Shown piece after piece: positions 31,597-40,550 of a stretch of 64,000 nt of DNA. The translations under genes were made by a program, and so were the position numbers. How positions within the stretch are numbered: the first letter of the stretch is position 1; every line of letters starts with the position of its first letter. The notes under the pieces were generated by a model. It was not told the origin of the DNA. It was given only the letters and a program-made list of their open reading frames with translations, and did no database searches. Origin of the DNA: an uncultured Chloroflexia bacterium. Lineage in GTDB: Bacteria; Chloroflexota; Limnocylindria; Limnocylindrales; CSP1-4. The stretch covers positions 331,816-395,815 of the forward strand of contig CAWEHW010000004.1 of NCBI GenBank assembly GCA_963809045.1, written 5' to 3'.

Positions 31597-31627
31597 ACTC
31601 AATCCCGACGAAATCACTCGGGATTGA
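31597..31627. promoter_or_regulatory. Perfect 11-bp inverted repeat CTCAATCCCGA-N9-TCGGGATTGAG (stem-loop or operator) between the fur-family gene and the Rrf2 regulator gene
   Basis: Read directly from the sequence. It lies about 65 nt downstream of the fur-family stop and about 65 nt upstream of the Rrf2 coding region. Confidence 0.5.
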
Positions 31628-31691
31628 GGATCGTTCCCTGACCCTTCCGACGACCACGCCCCCACGTCCCGCCTTCCACGGCAGCGGCGCC

Positions 31692-32174
31692 ATCGCCTTC
31701 AGCACGAAGGGCGAGTACGGCGTCCGTTTGATGGTCCAGCTTGGACGTCATTACGGCACCGGTCCGGCTTCGCTGGCGGAGATCGCGGCCGAGGAAGACC
31801 TGCCGCGTGCGTACCTGGAGCAGCTTGTCGTCAACCTGCGAGAGGCCGGCCTCGTCATCAGCACCCGTGGCGCCCACGGTGGCTACGAGCTGGGCCGGCA
31901 CCCGGCCGAGATCACGATGACCGAGGTCCTTCGGGCCCTCGAGGGACCCATTGCGCCGATGCTCTGCGCCAGCGATGACCCCGAGCACGCGACGGTGTGC
32001 GACCGCTCATCCCGGTGCACCGTCAACCTCCTCTGGGTTCGCGTGCGCGACGCCGTCGCCGGCGCCCTCGATTCGATGACCCTCGCGGACCTCGTGCCAC
32101 TCCGGGTCCCGGAGACCCAGATCCCGACAACGCTTCAGCCAAGATCCACCCACGGAGCCATGACCACCTCGTGA
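31692..32174 (+). CDS. Rrf2-family transcriptional regulator (IscR/SufR-like; three clustered Cys); start codon uncertain
   Basis: FSTKGEYGVRLMVQLGRHYG HTH with cysteine ligands CASDDPEHATVCDRSSRC. There is no in-frame ATG before the HTH, so the start is non-canonical or affected by a sequence error. Its stop overlaps the sufC GTG start. Confidence 0.7.
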   Translation: MAFSTKGEYGVRLMVQLGRHYGTGPASLAEIAAEEDLPRAYLEQLVVNLREAGLVISTRGAHGGYELGRHPAEITMTEVLRALEGPIAPMLCASDDPEHATVCDRSSRCTVNLLWVRVRDAVAGALDSMTLADLVPLRVPETQIPTTLQPRSTHGAMTTS

Positions 32175-33073
32175 CCAATCCATCCGCCACTTCCGATCAG
32201 CTCGTCATCCGCGGTCTCCGCGTCGCACCGCTCGCCCACCCCGAGAACGAGATCCTCCAGGGGATCGACCTGACCGTCGGCAAGGGCGAGGTCCACGCGA
32301 TCATGGGTCCCAACGGGTCGGGCAAGACCACCCTCGCCTACGCGCTGATGGGCCACCCTGCGTATGTCGTCACGGGAGGCGAGGTGTTCTGGCAGGGCCG
32401 GGACATCCTCAAGCTCTCGCCCGACAAGCGCGCCCGCCTCGGCCTCTTTCTCGCCTTCCAGTACCCGACCGCAATCCCCGGCCTGAGCGTTGCGAGCTTC
32501 ATCCGCTCGGCGTTGAACGCCAAGCTCCAGGGCATCGACAAGAACCCTGACGTCGACCCGACCGACCCGATGCGCGGCGGCATCTCCATGCGCGACTTCC
32601 GCAACAAGATGCGCGAGAAGATGGCCTTGCTGCGGATGGATGAAGGCTTCGCGTCGCGGTACGTCAACGAAGGGTTCTCGGGCGGCGAGAAGAAGCGGCT
32701 CGAGATGCTCCAGATGGCCGTCCTGGAGCCCGAGATGGCGATCCTCGACGAGACCGACTCGGGGCTCGACATCGACGCCTTGCGCATCGTCGCCGAGGGC
32801 GTCAACGCCATGCTCAACCCGAACCTCGGCGTCCTGCTGATCACCCACTACCAGCGCCTGCTCAACTACATCACGCCGGACGTCGTCCACGTCCTCGCCG
32901 AAGGTCGGATCGTCAAGTCCGGCGGCAAGGACCTGGCGATCCGCCTCGAGGACGAGGGCTACGGACCGATCCTTCGTGAGGCGGGCCTGGCGCCCGACCT
33001 GCCCGACGAAGCCTTGAAAGTTCCGCTCGCGCCAGCGGGCGCCGAGCTGGAGCCCGTGGAGGCCGCCCGCTAG
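32171..33073 (+). CDS. sufC: Fe-S cluster assembly ATPase SufC
   Basis: Walker A GPNGSGKTT, signature FSGGEKKR, Walker B ILDETDSGLD and the H-loop in LITHYQR. Confidence 0.85.
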   Translation: MTNPSATSDQLVIRGLRVAPLAHPENEILQGIDLTVGKGEVHAIMGPNGSGKTTLAYALMGHPAYVVTGGEVFWQGRDILKLSPDKRARLGLFLAFQYPTAIPGLSVASFIRSALNAKLQGIDKNPDVDPTDPMRGGISMRDFRNKMREKMALLRMDEGFASRYVNEGFSGGEKKRLEMLQMAVLEPEMAILDETDSGLDIDALRIVAEGVNAMLNPNLGVLLITHYQRLLNYITPDVVHVLAEGRIVKSGGKDLAIRLEDEGYGPILREAGLAPDLPDEALKVPLAPAGAELEPVEAAR

Positions 33074-33090
33074 CCGGGCTCGATGCTTCG

Positions 33091-34371
33091 ATGACGCTGA
33101 CATCCGAGCCCAAGGCCGAGCGAGCGGACGCTTCCGCCGCGTCCTTCGACCCGCACGTCGTCCGGCGCGACTTCCCGATCCTCGAGCAGGAGATCAACGG
33201 TCACCCGCTCGTCTACCTCGACTCGGCGTCGTCGTCGCAGAAGCCGCGCGTCGTGATCGATGCCGTCGCCGACTACTACCGGGAGTACAACGCCAACGTC
33301 CATCGCGGGATCTACACGATCGGCGAAAAGGCGACGGCGGAGTACGAGAAGGCGCGAGCCAGGGTGGCCGGCTTCATCAACGCGCCCGACAGCCACGAGG
33401 TGGTGTTCACCCGGAACGCGACCGAGGCGATCAACCTCGTCTCGTATTCCTGGGGCCGCCGGAACATCGACCGCGGCGACGCGATCGTCCTGACCGAGAT
33501 GGAGCACCACGCCAACCTGGTCCCGTGGCAGCTCCTCGTCCAGGAGAAGGACGGTGACCTCGAGTTCATCCCGATCACCGACGACGGGATCCTCCGCCTC
33601 GACGTCTTCGAGGTGCTGCTGCGCCTGAAGCCCAAGCTGGTCGCCTTCACCCACGTCTCGAACACCCTTGGCACGATCAACCCGGTCCGCGAGATGACCG
33701 AGATGGCGCACGCGGCAGGGGCGCTCGTGCTGATCGATGGCGCCCAGGCCGTTCCGCACGTGCCGGTCGACGTCCAGGCGCTCGGCTGCGACTTCTACGC
33801 GTTCAGCGGGCACAAGATGCTTGCGCCGATGGGCTCGGGCGCCTTGTGGGCGCGACGCGAGCTGCTCGAGGCGATGCCGCCATTCCTGGCCGGCGGGGAG
33901 ATGATCCGCGAGGTCCACCTCCGGCGCTCCGAGTTCAACGAGATCCCCTGGAAGTTCGAGGCGGGAACACCGGCCGTCGGTGATGCGATCGGACTGGGCG
34001 TAGCCGCGGAGTACCTTGGGGCACTCGGGATGTCCGCCGTTCGCGAGCATGAACGGGAGCTCGTGGCGTACGCCCTCGACATTCTTCAGGGCCAGGTCCC
34101 CGGGATCGAGCTCTATGGCCCGCTCGACCCGGACCTTCGCGGCGGCGTCGTCCCGTTCAACCTGCCGGGCATCCACCCGCACGATGTCGCCCAGGTCCTG
34201 GACCGCTTCGGGATCGCCGTCCGGGCCGGCCACCACTGCACCATGCCGCTCCACGAGCGCCTGGACCTGGCGGCAACGGCGAGGGCCAGCTTCAACGTCT
34301 ACTCGACGCGCGAAGACATCGACGCGCTGGCCGCCGGTCTCATCGAGGTCCAACGGGTCTTCAACGTCTAG
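33091..34371 (+). CDS. sufS: Cysteine desulfurase SufS (group II, PLP-dependent)
   Basis: PLP-lysine motif FSGHKM and the catalytic Cys in RAGHHCTMP. 426 aa. Confidence 0.9.
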   Translation: MTLTSEPKAERADASAASFDPHVVRRDFPILEQEINGHPLVYLDSASSSQKPRVVIDAVADYYREYNANVHRGIYTIGEKATAEYEKARARVAGFINAPDSHEVVFTRNATEAINLVSYSWGRRNIDRGDAIVLTEMEHHANLVPWQLLVQEKDGDLEFIPITDDGILRLDVFEVLLRLKPKLVAFTHVSNTLGTINPVREMTEMAHAAGALVLIDGAQAVPHVPVDVQALGCDFYAFSGHKMLAPMGSGALWARRELLEAMPPFLAGGEMIREVHLRRSEFNEIPWKFEAGTPAVGDAIGLGVAAEYLGALGMSAVREHERELVAYALDILQGQVPGIELYGPLDPDLRGGVVPFNLPGIHPHDVAQVLDRFGIAVRAGHHCTMPLHERLDLAATARASFNVYSTREDIDALAAGLIEVQRVFNV

Positions 34372-34535
34372 CCCGGTCAGCCGGCGCCGGCTTCGATCCG
34401 AACACGCTCAACGACGGGACCTGGCAGCGGCTGCAGCCCCGGGACTGAGGGGTCAGGGCTCGTCGGGGACCTCGTCGTCGTCGGGCTTGGAAGTGCGCGG
34501 GAGCGGACATGCGGTCGATTACCGCTGTTCGCGTC

Positions 34536-36101
34536 CTACACCCCGAACAGTCCGCCGAGGCCCTCGTCGATGGCCCGCTCGATCTCTTCCTCCCACCCAA
34601 CACCCAGGACCAGGACCTCGCTCACACCGCCGCAATCGAGCGACTCGTGCCCGGTGAACCGGAGCCGGACCGAATCGCCGAACGTCCCGGGCGGAAACGT
34701 CACGAGCACGTTGGGGTCGGGTGAGCCTTCAAGCGATTGGGACACGGAGTCCACGACGCTGCCACCGAACATGACGTCGACGTCGACCTGATCGAACCCG
34801 AAGCCGGTCCGGAACGCCTCCGTCGCGTTCTCCTCGTTGCCCCCGACCAGGATCGCTTCGATCTCGACGGGGCCGTCCACCGACCACGTGTACTCGGTCA
34901 CGGTCGACGTGGTGTGCGGCCCCTTCGAGAACCACGAGGTCGTCGTGTCGAGGTCAACCGCCAGCCGCGCCGGGAAGTTTGGGTCGACCGAGTTCGAGCT
35001 GATGGCGCCGATCGCCGTCAGGTCTGATGGGAAGAACGGCTCGCGCGCGACAGGTTCACCCGAACCTGGTCCCGGGAGCGTCGTCGCAGCAGGTTCGGTG
35101 GGTGCTGCTGAGACGGGCTCGGACGGTGCCGCGCTGGCGCTCGGTGGCGCGCTCGAGAGAATGGCCACGGCGTCGGTGCCGTCGGACCCGGGCGGCAGAC
35201 CGAACAGCTCGCCCGTCCCGAGATCGACGACTGGAATCTGCGCCAACGGGGCGGTCGCCGGCGCGATGACCTCGACCTTCTCGGGTGCAAACGCAGGCCA
35301 GGCCGAGCCGACATACGATGGCTGGACGGGTGCCGGGATTGGCTCGAGGAGCGGGTTGCCGCATCGGCATCGAGCTCGCGGGACGCCGCGGTCGTCAACC
35401 AGCACGGCGGTCCCGGCCTGAAGCACCGACTGACGAGCATCGGCAACGCCATCCCGGAAGCCGTGGTTGGTCACCCTGGTGTCCCGGTTCAGCGCAACCG
35501 GCGTCAGGCCACCGACGTAGTCGCGGATCGTCGACGGCGCGATGCCATGGACGGCGGCCCAGGCGGCGGCCTTGTCGGGGTTCTGATCGAGGAATGTGAT
35601 CAGCTGCTCCTTGTCGCACTCGGCGTTGTTCCTGGTACCGCCATACAGGCCGACCGTGCCGCCTGGGATCGTGCGGACGGCGATCACCGCGCTGGCCGCG
35701 GCGGATGGCGCATCCGTGACCCCTGCTGCGGACGAGGCGGTTGGTCCGACGCTTGTCGATGGCGACAGGTCAGCCGATGGCACCGGTGAGGCCGACGCCG
35801 TCGCGACCGACGGCGTGAACGGATCCGGGCCGGTCGCCGCCGCGGGTTCCAGGAAGATCTCGCCCGGTCCGGCGGCCGTGCTCGGTTCGGGCTCCCCCGA
35901 CGCCAGGCGCATGACGAGCAATGCGACCGTCAGGATCCCGCCGAGCGCGCTGACGAGTGCGAGCAGCCAGCTCGGCAGGGAACGGCGACCCTTGGGCCCG
36001 GGCGCTGGAGAGCTGATGGTCACGGGACCGGGCGGGACCGGGGTGGTTGTCGGCGTGACGGAGGGCGGTGGAGCCGAAGCCAGGGCGGGCGGCGCGGCCA
36101 A
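34536..36101 (-). CDS. Uncharacterised membrane protein with a Pro/Ala/Ser/Thr-rich extracytoplasmic region; the N-terminus may extend to 36315 through a Pro/Gly-rich repeat in another frame
   Basis: Transmembrane helix LLALVSALGGILTVALLVM followed by a long low-complexity linker and a C-terminal globular domain containing Cys. An upstream ORF ending at 36315 encodes GPPAGPPPGPPPSGPPPG and would be in frame after a single indel. Confidence 0.55.
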   Translation of the reverse strand: MAAPPALASAPPPSVTPTTTPVPPGPVTISSPAPGPKGRRSLPSWLLALVSALGGILTVALLVMRLASGEPEPSTAAGPGEIFLEPAAATGPDPFTPSVATASASPVPSADLSPSTSVGPTASSAAGVTDAPSAAASAVIAVRTIPGGTVGLYGGTRNNAECDKEQLITFLDQNPDKAAAWAAVHGIAPSTIRDYVGGLTPVALNRDTRVTNHGFRDGVADARQSVLQAGTAVLVDDRGVPRARCRCGNPLLEPIPAPVQPSYVGSAWPAFAPEKVEVIAPATAPLAQIPVVDLGTGELFGLPPGSDGTDAVAILSSAPPSASAAPSEPVSAAPTEPAATTLPGPGSGEPVAREPFFPSDLTAIGAISSNSVDPNFPARLAVDLDTTTSWFSKGPHTTSTVTEYTWSVDGPVEIEAILVGGNEENATEAFRTGFGFDQVDVDVMFGGSVVDSVSQSLEGSPDPNVLVTFPPGTFGDSVRLRFTGHESLDCGGVSEVLVLGVGWEEEIERAIDEGLGGLFGV

Positions 36102-36299
36102 GGGGCCGGGTGGTGGCCCGGCTGGCGGCCCGGCGGGCGGCCCGGCCGGTGGTCCGGATGGTGGGCGCCCCGGAGCCGGTGCAGGTGGTGACGCTGCCGG
36201 CGGCCCGGACGGGGGTGGACCCGGCGGGGGCCGGACGGGGGAGACCCGGCGGCGGGCCGGACGGTGGTGGTCCCGGCGGCGGTCCGGCTGGAGGCCCGC

Positions 36300-36971
36300 T
36301 CATGGCGTGGGGCACTGGGCTTGCCGATCGCCGTAGAAGCGTCGTCGTTCGCCGTAGTGGTCGAACGCCAGGATGTCATTGGCGGTCCGAGCCGCGTTCT
36401 GGATCTGTGCCGCCATCGCTGCCATCTCCCCGTAGATCTTGCTACAGCGCTCGCCGTCCGTGACCTGCCTGGCGTCCAGTTGCTGCCTCAGGCGGACTTC
36501 GACGAAGCTGAGCTCGTTATATCGCTGCCTGACTTCCCGATCCGACCCCGACACCGTCCTTCCCCTGATCGTGCGGTTCGGACTCAACTCCTGCGCGGCT
36601 TTCACATCCGCGTCGTACCGGCCAAGGCTTCCCCGGTCGAGCGCCAGGACCGCCCGGGACGTCCGGTACGTCCAGTCCGTGGGTCTGGACTCGATCGCCT
36701 TGTCCATCTTCGACATGTCGCCGCTCGTCCGCCCTTCGTTCATGAGCGCGTCCGCCTGGTTCACCTTGTCGATGGTCGCGAGGGCACCGACCGCCGCGGT
36801 CACCTCGTTGCCGTCGCCTATGCCAAACGTTCCGCCGATCGTGCTCCCCAGATTGTTGAACGCCCAGTCGGCCATGAAGTCACGCACGAACGCCTCGTCG
36901 CCTTCCTCGCAGCCGGCAACGAGAACGGCGATCAGAAGGAGCACACCGCCAAGCCCCGCACGCCGTCTCAT
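36300..36971 (-). CDS. Uncharacterised lipoprotein
   Basis: Signal peptide and lipobox (LLLIAVLVAGCEEG). 223 aa with no recognisable domain. 4-nt overlap with the upstream gene. Confidence 0.6.
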   Translation of the reverse strand: MRRRAGLGGVLLLIAVLVAGCEEGDEAFVRDFMADWAFNNLGSTIGGTFGIGDGNEVTAAVGALATIDKVNQADALMNEGRTSGDMSKMDKAIESRPTDWTYRTSRAVLALDRGSLGRYDADVKAAQELSPNRTIRGRTVSGSDREVRQRYNELSFVEVRLRQQLDARQVTDGERCSKIYGEMAAMAAQIQNAARTANDILAFDHYGERRRFYGDRQAQCPTP

Positions 36972-37570
36972 TGGCCGGTCATCCCGCCGAGGACCGCACC
37001 CAGGTCAACGCGCCCATCGAGCGATCGGCTGAACGTCTCGAGGTCGTCCTGGCCGCTGGCGACGCGGGTTATCGCGGACACGGATGCCGTGAGGACCCCC
37101 AGGCTCTGGCCCGTCCCATCGCGATAGTCGACTGCCACCCGGGTAATGCCCAGGTCCTGCGCCCGACCGTCGGCGAGGCGCACGAACATTTCGACCAGCC
37201 CGGGCCGATTCGCCGCGGTTGGGAAGGTGAAGCCGGCGGATGTGTCCAGCACGGCGTAGGCGATCACGGAGTCGCCCTCGCGCATCGGCAGGAGGTGGAG
37301 GCTCATCCCGGTCGTGTCGATCCCCGATGCCTCGATCGAGGCCATCAGCTCTCGGGCACCCTCGCGGTCCGGCGTGTCCGCGAGGAGGGTTTCCGCGGTT
37401 GGGAGGAGCCCGAGCTGTTGTGGGATACGCAGGATCAACGCCCCGCTGGCGATCACGATGCCGACCACGAAGAAGAGCGTCATCAGACAGCCGCGGAACA
37501 GGCAGCCTCGACCGCGCGCGGGCGACGCGGTCACGGCACGTCCGGCACGAGGAGGCGGCCGTCGACCCAA
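36968..37570 (-). CDS. Uncharacterised membrane-anchored protein
   Basis: Arg-rich N-terminus followed by the transmembrane helix LFFVVGIVIASGALILRI. 200 aa. Confidence 0.55.
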   Translation of the reverse strand: MGRRPPPRAGRAVTASPARGRGCLFRGCLMTLFFVVGIVIASGALILRIPQQLGLLPTAETLLADTPDREGARELMASIEASGIDTTGMSLHLLPMREGDSVIAYAVLDTSAGFTFPTAANRPGLVEMFVRLADGRAQDLGITRVAVDYRDGTGQSLGVLTASVSAITRVASGQDDLETFSRSLDGRVDLGAVLGGMTGQ

Positions 37571-38088
37571 GCCTCCCAGTCGTTCGAGAACGCGACGTGT
37601 GCCCAGCCGTCGGGCCGCTCCTCGATCAGCATGACGTCGAGACCGCCGGCCAGCGAATGCTCAGGCGGCAGCGCGCCGTCGGGTCGTGTCCAGGCAGCGA
37701 TGCCGGCTGCGGGTACACGATGGGTCGGCGTATAGCGCCGGGCCGTTGGCATCTGCGTCTGCGGCGTTGGCGCCTCCACGTGGGTCTCCATCGTGAACGG
37801 CAGGAGTTGCAGGGTCCCGACCGGAAGCCGCTGCGCCCACGCCGCACCGTCCCACAGCCACCATGTCGAGCCGTCGTAGCACCACGTCCAGCCAGCTTCG
37901 TCTCGCAGCGTGAGCTCACGAAGCGTCTCCGGCAGCTGGTCGGGCGGGTACTCGTCCTCGGCCAGCACCTCGCCGAGGCGCCGCGCCCGCGCCTCCCAGT
38001 CCGCGGGCGCGATGCCCGGACCGTCCCTTGGCACGAGCTGGAGCGTGACCGGTACCAGCGTCGGCATGTTCGACACGGTGTCGGTCAT
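37531..38088 (-). CDS. Uncharacterised Trp-rich small protein
   Basis: 185 aa with no transmembrane helix and a Trp-rich stretch (GWTWCYDGSTWWLWDGAAWAQ). Overlaps both neighbours. Confidence 0.5.
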   Translation of the reverse strand: MTDTVSNMPTLVPVTLQLVPRDGPGIAPADWEARARRLGEVLAEDEYPPDQLPETLRELTLRDEAGWTWCYDGSTWWLWDGAAWAQRLPVGTLQLLPFTMETHVEAPTPQTQMPTARRYTPTHRVPAAGIAAWTRPDGALPPEHSLAGGLDVMLIEERPDGWAHVAFSNDWEAWVDGRLLVPDVP

Positions 38089-40400
38089 GTCGTCCTCGCC
38101 CCGCCGGCAGCCACGGGTCCCGCCGGCGCCGCGGGGCCTGCCGGCGTGGGCGGGGCCGCCGCCGCTTGCTGCTGCTTGATGCAGTCGTCCAGGGCCTGGC
38201 GGAGCGTCGTGGCGCGGCCATGCTCCTTGTCCGCCTCGGCGGAGATCGCGGTGTAGCCCGTCCGCAAGAGCTCGATGTTCGCGAATCCCTTGCGGAGGAT
38301 CGTGACGATCTCCTCGGGTGACTGGCCGACCCCGAACACGAGCTCACCGAACACGCGGAAGGGCCAGCGCACGATCCGGCCGATCGCCCAGCCTTGTTCC
38401 GCGCCCTCCGGGATCCGCGGAACGGCGCCCACGTCGATCGATTCCGCGTTCCGCCGCAGGTTGTCGAGCGCATCCTGCGCCAGCATCTCGTCGAATTTGG
38501 CTCGTTCCAGGCGTCGCGCGAGATGGTCCGCGTCGGTGAACTCGTCCATCTTGGCCGCCGCCCGCGCCTCGAGCAGATCGCTGGCGGCCTTGTCCGCGGC
38601 GGCCTTGTACCGGAGGACATCGGCCTCCGTCACCTCTTCCAGTTGATCGAGCTGGGTCGCGGCGTCGCGAAGTTGGGCCGACGTGCGGTCTCGATCGGCG
38701 AGCAGCTCCTTCCAGCCGGGCTGGTCGTCCAGGTCCTTGAGCTGCTTGCGGGTCGCCTCGACCTTCTGCTTCGCCTCGCCGATCTCGCGCGCGTGCTCCA
38801 GCTCGGCCGAGGCGAGCCGCTCTGCCGCTTCGGCGCGCAACTCCTTGAGCCGTTCGATCTTGGCGAGCCGGTCCTTGCCCAGCGGCAATTTCTTGCCGCC
38901 GGGTCCCATCGTCGCCGAGTCGTCGATCTTCCTGATTGCGGCATCGAAGCCGGCCACTTCCTCCTTGAGCGGGGCAGCGGCCTTCGCCGCCCAGGCTTCG
39001 AGGCCTTCGACCCTGTCCTGGAGCTGGATGGCGGCACGTTGGAGCGGGGCCCGCACCTCGGCACCCTTGGCGATCAACCGGCCCTGCTTCTTGGCCAGCT
39101 CGTCCAGGTCGGCCCATTGCTTGCGGGCGGCCGTCGCCTTCGGCAGATCCGTCAGCGCCGCCTCGAGCTTGTTGAACCAGTAGGTCTGCAGGTCCCGCGC
39201 GTTCCGGACCGCGGTGCTGTTCTCGATCATCTCGTCGATCTTCGAGCTGAGCACCGCCACCTCGTCGGCAATGATCTTGACCCGGGTGCGGGCAACCTCG
39301 AGCGCCTCGTTGGCCAGCTGGAGCGCCTGGGCCATCTTCGGGCCGATCTTGGAAGGCGGCTTCCAGTTGTCAATCTGTTGCCGCGGCGCCGTGCCACGCG
39401 GTCGGCCCAGTGATTGCGCGAGATCGCCCACGGCGCCGCCGATCACCGAACCAACCTCGAAGCCGACGACCATGTTCGCCTTGATGATGTTGTTGGCGTG
39501 GATGATCTCGGCTCGATGCAGTTGCTCGGACAGGCTCTGCGTGGCATCGCGAAGGGTTCCGAGACGTTCGCGACTGTCCTCGTAACTCTGCTTCGCTCCT
39601 GAACACGCATCCGGCACCTGGCCGACGTTCGAGGACGGTCGCGGAGTCCCTGGCTTGCGGCGCCAGATGAGCCTCGCACCACCGATGACGATGATGACCC
39701 CGCCGGTGCCCACGATGATCGGGATCAACGGCGGGCCGCCGCCGACGCCGCCGGTGCCCGCCAACGGGACCTCTGGGATTGGGCAACCCGCGGCTCCCCG
39801 GTGGCGGTTGGCCAACACCCGGGCGACGATCTCGGCGTCATCGACGCCGTATCGCTTGGCCTCCTCGACACTGCCACGCTCGTTGGTGAGGACGACGATC
39901 GTCGCGAACACCTGCTGGTTGAGCAGGCGCCATTCCTTTTCCTGGAGGCCGAACTCGACACCCGGAAAGAACGACGAGAAAACGCCGTCCGATTGCGGGT
40001 TGTCTGGATTGCGCGCCAGCCTGCCTTCCTCGGTGATCAACATCCCGGGAGGCGCGCCCGATGGTGTGGTCACGTTGTCGCGATTGCCGAGCACGCTGGC
40101 GTAACGCTCGCTGGCGTCCTCCGGCGTGCAGTGATACTCGATGGTGATCGCCGTCCCAGACTGCCCGGAGGCCCGGTCGATTCGGTAGTTGCACAGGAAC
40201 TGCGGGCCGGGCGCCGTCGACGATGCCTCGGCGATGACGTTCCAGCCAGTCGGCTCGGTGACGTCGCAGATCGTCGCGGCGCTTGCCGACGGGGCCGCCG
40301 ATGCGAGCCAGAGGGCACTGAGAATCGCCAGACCCAGGAATCGGAGCGCGCTGAACCGGCGGTCCCGTGGCTGCGCGCTCGGACGGTCCCTGCGGATCAC
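38085..40400 (-). CDS. Large uncharacterised single-pass membrane protein: signal peptide, a roughly 200-aa Cys-containing extracytoplasmic domain, a transmembrane helix, and a roughly 500-aa cytoplasmic coiled-coil region
   Basis: Signal peptide LAILSALWLASAAPSASA, transmembrane helix PLIPIIVGTGGVIIVIGGARLIWRRK, then a long heptad-like charged region. No catalytic motif recognised. Confidence 0.6.
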   Translation of the reverse strand: MIRRDRPSAQPRDRRFSALRFLGLAILSALWLASAAPSASAATICDVTEPTGWNVIAEASSTAPGPQFLCNYRIDRASGQSGTAITIEYHCTPEDASERYASVLGNRDNVTTPSGAPPGMLITEEGRLARNPDNPQSDGVFSSFFPGVEFGLQEKEWRLLNQQVFATIVVLTNERGSVEEAKRYGVDDAEIVARVLANRHRGAAGCPIPEVPLAGTGGVGGGPPLIPIIVGTGGVIIVIGGARLIWRRKPGTPRPSSNVGQVPDACSGAKQSYEDSRERLGTLRDATQSLSEQLHRAEIIHANNIIKANMVVGFEVGSVIGGAVGDLAQSLGRPRGTAPRQQIDNWKPPSKIGPKMAQALQLANEALEVARTRVKIIADEVAVLSSKIDEMIENSTAVRNARDLQTYWFNKLEAALTDLPKATAARKQWADLDELAKKQGRLIAKGAEVRAPLQRAAIQLQDRVEGLEAWAAKAAAPLKEEVAGFDAAIRKIDDSATMGPGGKKLPLGKDRLAKIERLKELRAEAAERLASAELEHAREIGEAKQKVEATRKQLKDLDDQPGWKELLADRDRTSAQLRDAATQLDQLEEVTEADVLRYKAAADKAASDLLEARAAAKMDEFTDADHLARRLERAKFDEMLAQDALDNLRRNAESIDVGAVPRIPEGAEQGWAIGRIVRWPFRVFGELVFGVGQSPEEIVTILRKGFANIELLRTGYTAISAEADKEHGRATTLRQALDDCIKQQQAAAAPPTPAGPAAPAGPVAAGGARTT

Positions 40401-40550
40401 GTGACGGCCCCACCCTCAGATCGTTCACCCGCCGATCTGGGCGGGATCATCGCAGCGCGCGTGGGCTGTGTCCATGGCATTTTGCGCGGCCTCGGCGCAA
40501 TCCCGACCTCGCTGGTCGGGATTGGCGTCTCGCGGTACACTCGGGAATCG

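Noticed and set aside
34378-34393. Palindrome AGCCGGCGCCGGCT after sufS as a bidirectional terminator.
   Set aside because: It is a perfect palindrome but has no loop and no T-tract. GC-rich palindromes of this length are frequent by chance at 70% GC, and the support is too weak to call.
35596-36336. Plus-strand ORF encoding a Gly/Pro/Ala-rich 246-aa protein.
   Set aside because: It is the antisense reading of the GC-rich Pro/Gly repeat at the 5' end of the minus-strand membrane protein gene. It shows no independent coding signal.
34536-40400. Prophage remnant or mobile element, as an explanation for the block inserted between sufS and sufU.
   Set aside because: No integrase, transposase, recombinase, att-like direct repeats, tRNA target or phage structural motifs were found. 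GC content and codon style match the flanks. Horizontal origin is not excluded, but there is no mobile-element evidence.
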